Of a stretch of 23,766 nucleotides of DNA, positions 1-8,267 are shown in pieces. How positions within the stretch are numbered: the stretch's first letter is position 1; every line of letters starts with the position of its first letter. The DNA is from Gemmatimonadaceae bacterium (GTDB lineage: Bacteria; Gemmatimonadota; Gemmatimonadetes; Gemmatimonadales; Gemmatimonadaceae): assembly GCA_044224875.1 (NCBI GenBank), contig JBGAJQ010000074.1:1-23766 (forward strand), written 5' to 3'. The notes under the pieces were generated by a model. It worked only from the letters and a program-made list of their open reading frames with translations. It did not search any database and was not told the origin of the DNA. The position numbers and the translations under genes are program-made.

Positions 1-44
1 GGCGGCGTTTCGACGCGGGGAGCTTCGGCGTGACAGGCACACGG

Positions 45-1280
45 TCAGGCGACGTCGTGCCGCAGCTCCGGAGGTGGGCCGATCTTCTTGAGCAATGCCT
101 CGAAGCGTGGCACACCTCGCAAGACGTCCACCGCTGGCTCGCGCCCCAGCAACGCCATCCACCCCACGCGCTCTTCGTAGGCCCGTTCCAGCAGGTCGAG
201 CGCCGTGTCCATTTCGCCCAGGTGCGCGTAGGCGAGCCCCATCCCCATGGGCCACACGAATTCCTGGGTGGCGCGTTGCCGCAGGGAAGCCAGAATGTCG
301 CGCGCTTCCGCTGATTCGCCCCCCACCGCCAGTCCATACGCCAGTGTCGTCAGATACAACGTTGCGCCGCCGGACAATGAAGCGGCGTCGCGGAAGGCGG
401 CAATGGCTTCCTTCGGATCACCCCCCTGCGCGCAGACCAGGCCGTGCGAGAAAGCGGCATACGGTGATGACGGTTCGATCTGGCGCAGCGCCCGCCCTTC
501 GGCAATCGCTGCGTCCCGTTGCCGACTCAGGTACAGAATCCACGCCGTATTCCCTCGTACAGCCATCGCCGTCGGGTCCAACTGGTTGGCGACATCGCGC
601 TGGACCAATGCCTCGTCGAACCGGCCTACGCCACACAAATGCATGGCGTAATAGACGCGCAGCAGCGGGGCACTCTCGTTGAGTGAGACGGCACGCTGCA
701 ACAACTCACCGGCCAAGTCCCAGCGATGCTCGATCCAATGATAGTAGAGCCCCTTCGACGACGTGGCCTCCGCGCTGTTCGGGTCGATCGACAGCGCCGT
801 ACTGACATTCGCGAATCCCTCGGGGAAGGCGTCGCGCGGACGGATGCCCCAGTAACCGCCACCAAGGTACATCTGCGCCTCGCCTAACGCGGCGTAGGCG
901 CGGGCGAATTTCGGATCGCGGGCAATCGCCTGCCGATAGTAGTCCACCGCCTTGGCAAAGTCGTCCGCCGTCACCTTGTTGTAGTGGTGTCGCCCCAGCA
1001 GGTACAACGTGTACGCCTCCATGTCATCCGTTGGCTTGCGCGCCAACAGCGACTTTTCACTGGGGCTCAGGTGCGTATCCAGCTTGGCGGCAATCCGCTC
1101 GGCCACCTCCGCCTGAATCGCGAAGACGTCGGTGAGTTCGCGATTGAACGTCTCCGCCCACACATGCTCATCGTTGCAGGCGTCGATGAGCTGGGCCACG
1201 ATGCGGAGGCGGCTGCCGGACCGGCGCACACTGCCTTCCAACACGTGCGACACCCCAAACTCGCGGCCAATGTCGCGCAC
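45..1280 (-). CDS. TolB_N C-terminal part plus TPR region; 3' part of the kinase-TPR gene
   Basis: HVLEGSVRRSGSRLRIVAQLIDA...VWAETFNRELTDVFAIQ, EAYTLYLLGR, and TPR-like helices (AIARDPKFARAYAALG). Removing one repeat copy joins it in frame to the kinase (2444-140=2304 nt, 767 aa). Confidence 0.85.
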   Translation of the reverse strand: MRDIGREFGVSHVLEGSVRRSGSRLRIVAQLIDACNDEHVWAETFNRELTDVFAIQAEVAERIAAKLDTHLSPSEKSLLARKPTDDMEAYTLYLLGRHHYNKVTADDFAKAVDYYRQAIARDPKFARAYAALGEAQMYLGGGYWGIRPRDAFPEGFANVSTALSIDPNSAEATSSKGLYYHWIEHRWDLAGELLQRAVSLNESAPLLRVYYAMHLCGVGRFDEALVQRDVANQLDPTAMAVRGNTAWILYLSRQRDAAIAEGRALRQIEPSSPYAAFSHGLVCAQGGDPKEAIAAFRDAASLSGGATLYLTTLAYGLAVGGESAEARDILASLRQRATQEFVWPMGMGLAYAHLGEMDTALDLLERAYEERVGWMALLGREPAVDVLRGVPRFEALLKKIGPPPELRHDVA

Positions 1281-2488
1281 ACTCTCCGGACGCTGCTTGA
1301 AGCGCAGGGTTCGTTGCAGGCGTCGATGAGCTGGGCCACGATGCGGAGGCGGCTGCCGGACCGGCGCACACTGCCTTCCAACACGTGCGACACCCCAAAC
1401 TCGCGGCCAATGTCGCGCACACTCTCCGGACGCTGCTTGAAGCGCAGGGTAGACGTCCGCGACATCACCCGCAACCCGCGCACCTTGGAGAGCTGGGCAA
1501 TGATGTCCTCGGTCATGCCGTCCGAGAAGTACTCGTTCTCCGGGTCCGCGCTGAGGTTCGCAAAGGGCAGCACAGCCAGGAAGCGAGGGGGACGCCGATG
1601 GGCGCCACTGCGCGACTCGGTGACACGAATGGCGGCTACGCTCCCCGGGGTCTGGGGCTGGAGGGCGGCCGCCAGATCCAACGCGGAGGTGAAGCGCTCG
1701 TCCGGTTCCTTCGCCATGGCCCGCATGACCGCGCGATCGACGTACGCCGGCACGTCCGGCTGCATGGCCCGCACCGACGGCACCGGATCGTTGGCGTGGC
1801 GCATCATCACGGTGAGGGCATTGGGGCCCAGGAAGGGGGCCCGTCCCGTGAGCATCTCAAAGAGCATGCAGCCTAACGCGTAGGTATCGCTCCGGCCGTC
1901 CAGTTCCCGTTCGCCGCGCGCCTGCTCGGGACTCATGTACGCCGGCGTGCCTACGGCAATCCCCATACTCGTCAGTGCCTGGCCACCGGCCGCCGCTGAG
2001 ATGGCGCGGGCGATCCCGAAATCCGTCACCAGCGCGTGGTTGTCGTGCAGCAGCACATTGTCCGGCTTCATGTCCCGATGGATGATGCCGCGACGGTGGG
2101 CGTAGTCCAGCGCGCTCGCCACCTCACTCCCCCATTCGATGCACTGCGCGACGCTGAATCTGCCGTCGCTCGCCAACCGGACGCGGAGTGACTCTCCGTC
2201 CACGAAGGGCATGGTGTAGTACGGAAACCCACTCGTCTCGCCGGCGCTGAGCAGCGGAATGATGTGTGGGTGCAGGAGCGACGCGAACAACATGATCTCG
2301 CGGCGGAATCGCTCGACGTTGACATCGGCGGCGAGTTCCGGGGGCAGAACCTTCACCACGATCCGGCGGCCGAGTACGGCATCCAGTGCGACGAAGACGC
2401 GACTCATCCCGCCACCCGGGAGTTCGCGCTCGAGCACATAGAGATTGCCCAGCGACTCTTGCAGCTGCTCTTGCAGTTCGTCGTTCAA
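1067..2488 (-). CDS. Ser/Thr (Hanks-type) protein kinase with TolB_N-like domain; 5' part of a kinase-TolB_N-TPR gene (45..2488) frameshifted by a 140-bp duplication
   Basis: TTG start with GGAGG(G) SD at 2495-2500. Motifs GGGMSRVF, VVK, HRDMKPDN, DFG, GTPAYMSPEQ, DTYALG, then LAVLPFANLSADPENEYFSDGMTEDII. The tail after ...LIDACN is out of frame because of the repeat. Confidence 0.9.
   Translation of the reverse strand: MNDELQEQLQESLGNLYVLERELPGGGMSRVFVALDAVLGRRIVVKVLPPELAADVNVERFRREIMLFASLLHPHIIPLLSAGETSGFPYYTMPFVDGESLRVRLASDGRFSVAQCIEWGSEVASALDYAHRRGIIHRDMKPDNVLLHDNHALVTDFGIARAISAAAGGQALTSMGIAVGTPAYMSPEQARGERELDGRSDTYALGCMLFEMLTGRAPFLGPNALTVMMRHANDPVPSVRAMQPDVPAYVDRAVMRAMAKEPDERFTSALDLAAALQPQTPGSVAAIRVTESRSGAHRRPPRFLAVLPFANLSADPENEYFSDGMTEDIIAQLSKVRGLRVMSRTSTLRFKQRPESVRDIGREFGVSHVLEGSVRRSGSRLRIVAQLIDACNEPCASSSVRRVCATLAASLGCRTCWKAVCAGPAAASASWPSSSTPATMSMCGRRRSIANSPTSSRFRRRWPSGLPPSWIRT
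1171..1450. repeat. Exact 140-bp tandem duplication (1171-1310 = 1311-1450)
   Basis: Both copies run TCGTTGCAGGCGTCGATGAG...CGCTGCTTGAAGCGCAGGGT and are identical by eye. Confidence 0.97.
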
Positions 2489-2693
2489 CCTGTGCCCTCC
2501 GAATGTCGAACGTGCGACGCGGGGCTGTCGGGCACGCTACCCACGTGCAGGCGTGACGCCAGAGCCCTGCAATTGCGAGCCCAATCCAAGAGGGACTCTA
2601 ATTGCCGGGCGGAGACACGCTAGTACATTGGCGCTGGTACTCCATGGGACGACATGTCTTGGACGACCGTTCGCCTTCAGGAGGCGGGTAGCC

Positions 2694-3563
2694 ATGCACA
2701 CCCCGAAAGTGCTCGTCCATGTGTTGCTCCTCCTCGCCGGGCCGGTCATGCTCGGTGCGCAGGTGAGCCTGCGAACGGCGGGCAGCGAGTTGGGCGCCGC
2801 GTCCCTCGACATCGCGGCTGTGTTCCTCGCTCCCGTGCATGCCTCCTGGGCGGACTGGCGTGCGGCGGCACGGATCGGTGGCGGTCTGGTGACGATGTTG
2901 CCGTTCGACGATGAGATCGATCGATGGATCACCAATCACCCGAACGCCGAACTCTTTCGACTCAGCGAACCGTTCCGCAAGAGTCACCGCGAGGGATCGA
3001 AGCTGGGGGCCGACTCCCGCATGATCCCGTTGTCGGGCGGATTGGTGGGGCTTGGACTGCTCATCAACAGCGCAACACTTCGTGAGGTGGGGTACGGCTG
3101 TCTTTCCACCTCCGTGGCGAGCACGGCCCTGCGCTCGGCGGTCTACGCTGGCATCTCCCGGACACGCCCTGTAGTAGCTGACGGTGATCAGTTCGACGTG
3201 GATGTCCCGGGCGGAGACTACAACCAGCATTCGTTCTTCTCCGGCCATACCATGAACGCGTTCGGGTGCGCGACGTTCCTCAACACGCGCTATCACCTTG
3301 GCCTTGGCGAGCCGGTGCTGTACGCCGCGGCGGCGGCGATTTCCATGGCGCGCATGAACGATCGGTTCCACTGGTCCACGGACGTCTACATCGGGACGAT
3401 CGCCGGTGTCGCCGTGGGACGGGTGGTGGGGCACCGGGCGCGTCGCCGAGCTGATGCTCGATCGGCAGCTGCAGCCCAGCCCCCGACCGGGGGATGGCGC
3501 TCGGGGCTGCGCATGGGGCCCACGCCGGGTGGCTTTGGGGTCTCGTGGGAGGGGACGTTCTAG
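2694..3563 (+). CDS. PAP2 (type 2 phosphatidic acid phosphatase) family membrane protein
   Basis: AGGAGG SD at 2679-2684 before ATG 2694. Signal-like N-terminus. C1-like SRTRP, C2-like SFFSGH, C3 ARMNDRFHWSTD. Confidence 0.8.
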   Translation: MHTPKVLVHVLLLLAGPVMLGAQVSLRTAGSELGAASLDIAAVFLAPVHASWADWRAAARIGGGLVTMLPFDDEIDRWITNHPNAELFRLSEPFRKSHREGSKLGADSRMIPLSGGLVGLGLLINSATLREVGYGCLSTSVASTALRSAVYAGISRTRPVVADGDQFDVDVPGGDYNQHSFFSGHTMNAFGCATFLNTRYHLGLGEPVLYAAAAAISMARMNDRFHWSTDVYIGTIAGVAVGRVVGHRARRRADARSAAAAQPPTGGWRSGLRMGPTPGGFGVSWEGTF

Positions 3564-3567
3564 CCGA

Positions 3568-5139
3568 CTACTGCCTGGCAATCCCCGGCTTCCCCCCTCG
3601 CAGCACATACTTCTGGATCTTCCCCGTCGCCGTCTTCGGCAGCTCCGACACAAAGCGTACACTCTTTGGGCACTTGAAGTGCGCCAGCCGCTCGCGCACA
3701 AAGTCGCGAAGTTCACTCGCTTGCGCACCGGCGCGCAGCACCACAAAGGCATGCGGGGACTCCCCCCACTTCTCATCCGGAAGACCGACGATCGCCACTT
3801 CCTGCACCGCCGGATGCCGAAGCATCGTCCCCTCCACCTCCACACTGGAGATGTTCTCGCCACCGCTGATGATCACGTCCTTCAACCGGTCGCGAATCTC
3901 GATGAACCCGTCGGGATGCACCACGGCGGCGTCACCCGAGTGGAACCACCCGTCGCGAATGGCCTGTGCTGTGGCCCCGGGGTCGTTGAAGTAACCCTCC
4001 ATCACCACGTTCCCCTGCACCACAATCTCGCCTAACGTCGCACCGTCTGCCGGCACCTCGGCGCCCGACTCGTCCACCACGCGAAGTTCGCCGGACGTGA
4101 TCAGCTCAACGCCCTGACGTGCCTTGATCACGGCGCGCTCGTGCGCCGGAAGAATCGTGTGCTCGGGTCGCGGCTCGCAAATCGTGATGAAGGGCGCGGT
4201 CTCGGTGAGCCCGTAGACCTGTGTCAGCTCCCAGCCGAGGTCGACCTCCACCCGCTCGATCGTTGCGGCTGCCGGGGGAGCACCGGCGGTCAACACCCGT
4301 ACGCCGCGCGGCGCGTTCCGACGTAACTCCTCGGGAGCGTTCGCGATGCCGATCAGCACCGTCGGCGCCGCGCACAGCATCGTCCCACGCTCATGGGTTA
4401 TGGCCTCGAATACCCGCGCCGGTTCCACGCGACGCAGGCACACATGCGTCCCGCCAACCGCGGTGACGATCCACACGAAGGTCCACCCGTTCGCGTGAAA
4501 CATCGGCAACGTCCAGATGTACCGCTCCTCGCACGTCATGTGATGATGCACCAGCGTTCCCACCGCATTCATGTAGGCATTGCGGTGCGTGATCATCACT
4601 CCCTTCTGACGAGAGGTGGTGCCAGAGGTGTAGTTGATCGTCAGGAGATCCCGCTCGCTCAACACCGGGCGCGTGTTATACGGGGAACTGCTCGCCAACA
4701 CGCGCTCGTAGTCCACCCACCCGCCACGCCCCTCGCCGCCTTCCAACGCGACAAAGTGCTGCACGCCCGTCAGCTGATCCCGCACCGAATCCAACTGGTC
4801 CAGGTGGTCGGCGTGCGCACACACCACACGCGATCCGCTGTGATTGATCAGGTAGACGAAGTCGTCAGGCGTGAGTCGGTAGTTGATCGGCACCACGACG
4901 GCGCCGATCTGCGGCACCGCGTAATACGCCTCCAGGTGCGCATGCGTGTTCGGCGCGATGTACGCGACACGATCACCTTTGCCAACGCCTAACGCCTGCA
5001 GGCCGGTGGACCATCGGTCGCACCGATCGAAGAACTCCTCATACGTCCAGCGAGTCCCACCATCGACGACGGCTTCGCGCGTGCCGTACAGCCGGCGCGC
5101 TCGGCGCGCAAACTCAAGGGGCGTGAGCGGTAGTTCCAT
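3568..5139 (-). CDS. Long-chain-fatty-acid--CoA ligase / acyl-CoA synthetase (AMP-binding family)
   Basis: YTSGTTSRQKG, YGLTET, FHSGD, DRLKDVIISGGENISS, LPKTATGKIQK. Start MELPLTPLEF is typical of this subfamily. Confidence 0.92.
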   Translation of the reverse strand: MELPLTPLEFARRARRLYGTREAVVDGGTRWTYEEFFDRCDRWSTGLQALGVGKGDRVAYIAPNTHAHLEAYYAVPQIGAVVVPINYRLTPDDFVYLINHSGSRVVCAHADHLDQLDSVRDQLTGVQHFVALEGGEGRGGWVDYERVLASSSPYNTRPVLSERDLLTINYTSGTTSRQKGVMITHRNAYMNAVGTLVHHHMTCEERYIWTLPMFHANGWTFVWIVTAVGGTHVCLRRVEPARVFEAITHERGTMLCAAPTVLIGIANAPEELRRNAPRGVRVLTAGAPPAAATIERVEVDLGWELTQVYGLTETAPFITICEPRPEHTILPAHERAVIKARQGVELITSGELRVVDESGAEVPADGATLGEIVVQGNVVMEGYFNDPGATAQAIRDGWFHSGDAAVVHPDGFIEIRDRLKDVIISGGENISSVEVEGTMLRHPAVQEVAIVGLPDEKWGESPHAFVVLRAGAQASELRDFVRERLAHFKCPKSVRFVSELPKTATGKIQKYVLRGGKPGIARQ

Positions 5140-5429
5140 AGTAGCGCGAACATACGGTCGAGGACGTCGTGTTTCCAGAATGTGATCTGTGCTTCGTTCA
5201 GGCCGCCAACATTTGCCCGAACTTTCCGCCACATCTCGCGAACCCTGCCCCCTCGCCTGGGTAGGGAATGGAGCGCTTGGCGCCCGAACGACCGCACGTG
5301 GCAATCACATCCATCGCCTGCGGGTGGCGCATTTTGGAGCGCTCCTCTCGCGGATGCAAACCACCGCGTCCGCGCTCACACCGTCTCACCTGGGCCCACT
5401 GGCTCACGACGGATTGCCTTGGAGGATGC

Positions 5430-5909
5430 ATGCATCGATTCCGATATCAATCCCTGACTGCTCTTGGCTTGACCCTTGGCGCCCTGTTCGCGTCGCCGAG
5501 CATCGCACAGGCGCAACGCGCCCATCTGGGCCCGCGCGTCGGCTACAACTTCGATACTCACGACGCGTTCTTCAGCCTCGCGCTGACGGCGCCAATCGCA
5601 CCACGCGTCTCCTTCTATCCATCGGTCGACGTCTACACGCCGGAAACCGGGTCGCGCACGGGGTTCAACGGCGACCTTCGCGTGCAGATTCCCACCACGC
5701 AGGGACCGGAGCTGTATACCGGTGGCGGTGTGAACGTGCTGTCTCGCAGCGTGGCAAATCGCAGTAACACGGACGTTGGCGCCAACCTGTTCCTTGGACT
5801 GCAGGGACGTTCGGGTTGGGTCCATCCCTTTGCCGAAGGCAGAGTACTTGTCCATGACAACACGTCGTTCCAGTTGAGCGGCGGCTTGAATTTCACGATC
5901 GGCCGTTAG
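5430..5909 (+). CDS. Secreted small outer-membrane beta-barrel protein
   Basis: GGAGG SD at 5421-5425. Sec signal ending AQA-Q. Alternating amphipathic strands (GPRVGYN, YTGGGVN, GANLFLG, PFAEGR) and C-terminal GGLNF. Confidence 0.75.
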   Translation: MHRFRYQSLTALGLTLGALFASPSIAQAQRAHLGPRVGYNFDTHDAFFSLALTAPIAPRVSFYPSVDVYTPETGSRTGFNGDLRVQIPTTQGPELYTGGGVNVLSRSVANRSNTDVGANLFLGLQGRSGWVHPFAEGRVLVHDNTSFQLSGGLNFTIGR

Positions 5910-5923
5910 GCATTGGCGTTCGA

Positions 5924-5963
5924 CGACAAGGGGAACCATCCAGCGGGGTGGTTCCCCTCGTCG
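5924..5963 (+). terminator. GC-rich stem-loop after the beta-barrel gene (terminator-like, no U-tract)
   Basis: CGACAAGGGGAACCATC...GGTGGTTCCCCTCGTCG forms a stem of about 17 bp with one mismatch and one G-U pair. Confidence 0.5.
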
Positions 5964-6110
5964 CATCTGCACCTGAACATCCGAGGCCGACGACGTGCTC
6001 CTCGCACTCATGCGCGACGGTCCTCCCAAGAACGCCTGGTGATTCAAGTCCTGCGCGCCCTGCATGCTGACCTCGATACCGTCAAGCGGCGCCTGAACCG
6101 CCCGCCATAA
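5964..6110 (+). pseudogene. Possible degenerate Clp N-terminal-repeat-like gene fragment
   Basis: Two frames join into EADDVLLALMRDGPPKNA/LVIQVLRALHADLDTVKRRL, resembling the Clp_N pattern EHLLLALL...VAAQVLRALGVDLD.VR. No credible start codon. Confidence 0.3.
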
Positions 6111-6248
6111 GGGAACCAGGGACACGACCGCTGGAGCGCTTGGTCAACCTGCCACAATGGTTGACCCGTTTGGCTCCTAACACAGCGTCTGGCGCCACCG
6201 TCCGCGACACGCCATGCTAGCGGGCGCGCACACATTGACCCAACTCCC

Positions 6249-7289
6249 ATGAAGATCGGACTTGTCGGCTTTGCTGGCTCGGGAAAGACAACCGTGTTCA
6301 ATACGATGACCGGACTGCACGTCCCCGTCGGCTACGGAGGTGAGCTGCGACTGGGGACCGTGCGGGTGCCTGACGAGCGGATCGACGCCTTGTCGAAGAT
6401 CTTCCACCCAAAGAAGACCACTTTCGCCGAGATGAGCTTCTGCGACGTGCCGGGCGAACACGGGGCCGACAAGAAGGGCCTTTCGGCGAAGGCGCTCCAG
6501 CAGATTCGCGATCAGGACGCGTTGTGCTTGGTGATCCGCGACTTCGTGAACCCGGCGGTGGAAGGAGATGCCAATCCGCTGCAGGACCTGGAGAACTTTC
6601 ACACCGAGTGTGTGTTCGCGGACCTCGAGATCATCGAGCGGCGCTTGGACCGAGCGCGCAAGGAGAACGCGCCCAAGCAAGAGATCGCCGTCTTCGAAAA
6701 GATGAAGGCGACATTGGAGGAAGGGGTCGCCCTCCGCACCCTTTCGTCGACAGAACTCGACCGCGGGCCGCTACGCGGATACGGATTCCTCACCGATCGC
6801 CCCTTGCTCGTGGCACTGAATCGCGACGAGTCGCGTGCCGGCGAGCCAATGCCCGCCGATTTGCAGGCGCGGATTGAACAGCTTCCCGCCGCCGGTTTGG
6901 TGTTGTCAGCAAGTGTGGAGGCGGAGATTGCCGGTCTGCCGCCAGACGAGCAGTCGGCATTCCTCGACGATCTTGGCCTGCACGAGTCGGCGCTCGCTCG
7001 CTTCATTCGCACGTCGTATGGACTGTTGGACCTGATCGCCTTTTTCACGGTGGGGCAGGATGAAGTGCGCGCGTGGACGATCCGTCGCGGGATGCGGGCG
7101 CGGGAAGCCGCGGGGCGCATTCACTCAGACCTGGAACGCGGCTTCATCCGCGCGGAGGTGATTCCGTACGCCGTGTTCATGGCCCACGGCTCGGAGCACG
7201 CCGTGAAGGAGGCAGGCAAGCTGCAACTCGAGGGGAAGGAATACGTGGTGCACGACGGGGACATCATGCACGTGCGATTCAACGTTTGA
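6249..7289 (+). CDS. ychF: YchF/Obg-family ATPase with C-terminal TGS (DUF933) domain, divergent paralog
   Basis: P-loop GFAGSGKTT, VRVPDERID, FFTVGQDEVRAWTI, AAGRIHSDLERGFIRAEV, LEGKEYVVHDGDIMHVRFNV. Confidence 0.88.
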   Translation: MKIGLVGFAGSGKTTVFNTMTGLHVPVGYGGELRLGTVRVPDERIDALSKIFHPKKTTFAEMSFCDVPGEHGADKKGLSAKALQQIRDQDALCLVIRDFVNPAVEGDANPLQDLENFHTECVFADLEIIERRLDRARKENAPKQEIAVFEKMKATLEEGVALRTLSSTELDRGPLRGYGFLTDRPLLVALNRDESRAGEPMPADLQARIEQLPAAGLVLSASVEAEIAGLPPDEQSAFLDDLGLHESALARFIRTSYGLLDLIAFFTVGQDEVRAWTIRRGMRAREAAGRIHSDLERGFIRAEVIPYAVFMAHGSEHAVKEAGKLQLEGKEYVVHDGDIMHVRFNV

Positions 7290-7337
7290 ACCTCTTGGGT
7301 ATGTCCGCTCTGCGTTCCTGGGGCAGAAACCGCGCGG

Positions 7338-7667
7338 CTACGCCGCGACGACCTTGAGTCTCCCTTGTCGACGGGAGCGTGGCGCTGGCCGTACGACGAT
7401 ATCGATGTCTCGGCCCAAGGTCGTCAGAAAGCCGAGGAGCCGCTCGGTGGAATAGCCGTCGAGTCGGCCACGGACCAGCTGCGAGACTTTTGGCTGGTCG
7501 ATCCCCAATAACTCGGCGGCTGCCCGCTGCGTGAGTTTGCGTTGCGAGAGGATGCGCTCGATCTCGATGGCGAGCGTCGCCTTTACGAGGCGCTCCTCCG
7601 CATCCGGGAGATCCAGATCCGCGAAGACGTTGCCGCTGCTTTTCGTAATTCGTGGTCGGGGGCTCAT
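7338..7667 (-). CDS. XRE-family HTH antitoxin (HigA-like)
   Basis: SSGNVFADLDLPDAEE N-terminal signature, HTH LTQRAAAELLGIDQPKVSQL, YSTERL. ATGA overlap with the toxin stop. Confidence 0.9.
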   Translation of the reverse strand: MSPRPRITKSSGNVFADLDLPDAEERLVKATLAIEIERILSQRKLTQRAAAELLGIDQPKVSQLVRGRLDGYSTERLLGFLTTLGRDIDIVVRPAPRSRRQGRLKVVAA

Positions 7668-8034
7668 AGAGACTCCTCGCGCAGGGTTTTCGCGTGAGCC
7701 ACCGCCCACGCGAGGCGTTGCTTTATTAGCTGCCGATGACGCAACGGCGTCGAAATGCCATGGGTGGATTTCTTCTGAAACACGTGGAGCACGTAGATCA
7801 CCCCCGCGAGCTTCGCCGTGTAGACCGCCCGATAGGTGTCTCCGTCGAAGTCATCGACGAGCTCCACCAGACCGCCCAGATCCCCCTTAAGCCGTTTCGC
7901 CTCACGAGGGATCCCGCCCAGCTGCGCGACCAGGAGTGCTTTGCCCAGCACCCCCTGTACCGGCGCAGGACACGCTTTCAGGTCCTCGCGCGCGGTGCCG
8001 ACCAGTAGAGCGGTTTCCGCAGCGGGAGCGCCAT
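7664..8034 (-). pseudogene. RelE/ParE-superfamily toxin (Gp49/DUF891, HigB-like), frameshifted
   Basis: ATG 8034 gives MALPLRKPLYW then stops at 7978-7980. One extra G at about 8002 restores KPLYWVGTAREDLK...ALLVAQLG...TYRAVYTAKLAGVIYVLHVFQKKSTHGISTP (123 aa). Confidence 0.85.
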
Positions 8035-8039
8035 ATCAG

Positions 8040-8068
8040 ATTATGCCACTTTTGGCATACCGCGTCAA
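8040..8068 (-). promoter_or_regulatory. Sigma70 promoter of the TA operon with overlapping palindromic operator
   Basis: Minus strand TTGACG (8068-8063), 17 nt, TG-extended CATAAT (8045-8040), 5 nt, ATG. Palindrome TATGCCA-N4-TGGCATA at 8042-8059. Confidence 0.8.
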
Positions 8069-8267
8069 GCGGCGACGACGTGCCATCGCGTTCGGCCCAC
8101 GTCGGCCACGGGTCGGCGACCGACGTGCGCTCGCGACAAACATGGGGGCATTGAGTGGTAGCCCAATCCCGGCGGCCTCGATATCCTCCTCTCGCGCCCG
8201 CACGTGACCCAAACCGGGTACGTGCCGATCGCCGTTCATCAACGCGACGACCTCACGCATTGATCCA

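Noticed and set aside
1171..1450. CRISPR array or template/variable repeat pair of a diversity-generating retroelement
   Set aside because: Only two adjacent identical copies, with no spacers, no adenine-specific differences, and no reverse transcriptase or cas gene.
5324..5345. Sigma54 promoter TGGCGC...GC before the beta-barrel gene
   Set aside because: The GG-to-GC spacing is off by one and the TTGC element is missing.
5269..6143. 12-bp direct repeat TGGAGCGCTTGG (5269-5280, 6132-6143) as an insertion target duplication
   Set aside because: No mobility gene is present, and a few such 12-mer matches are expected by chance at this GC content.
8070..8267. SAM riboswitch upstream of cbs; 8-bp inverted repeat CACGTCGG/CCGACGTG
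   Set aside because: No SAM-I/II/IV core consensus is recognisable, and short GC-rich stems are expected by chance.
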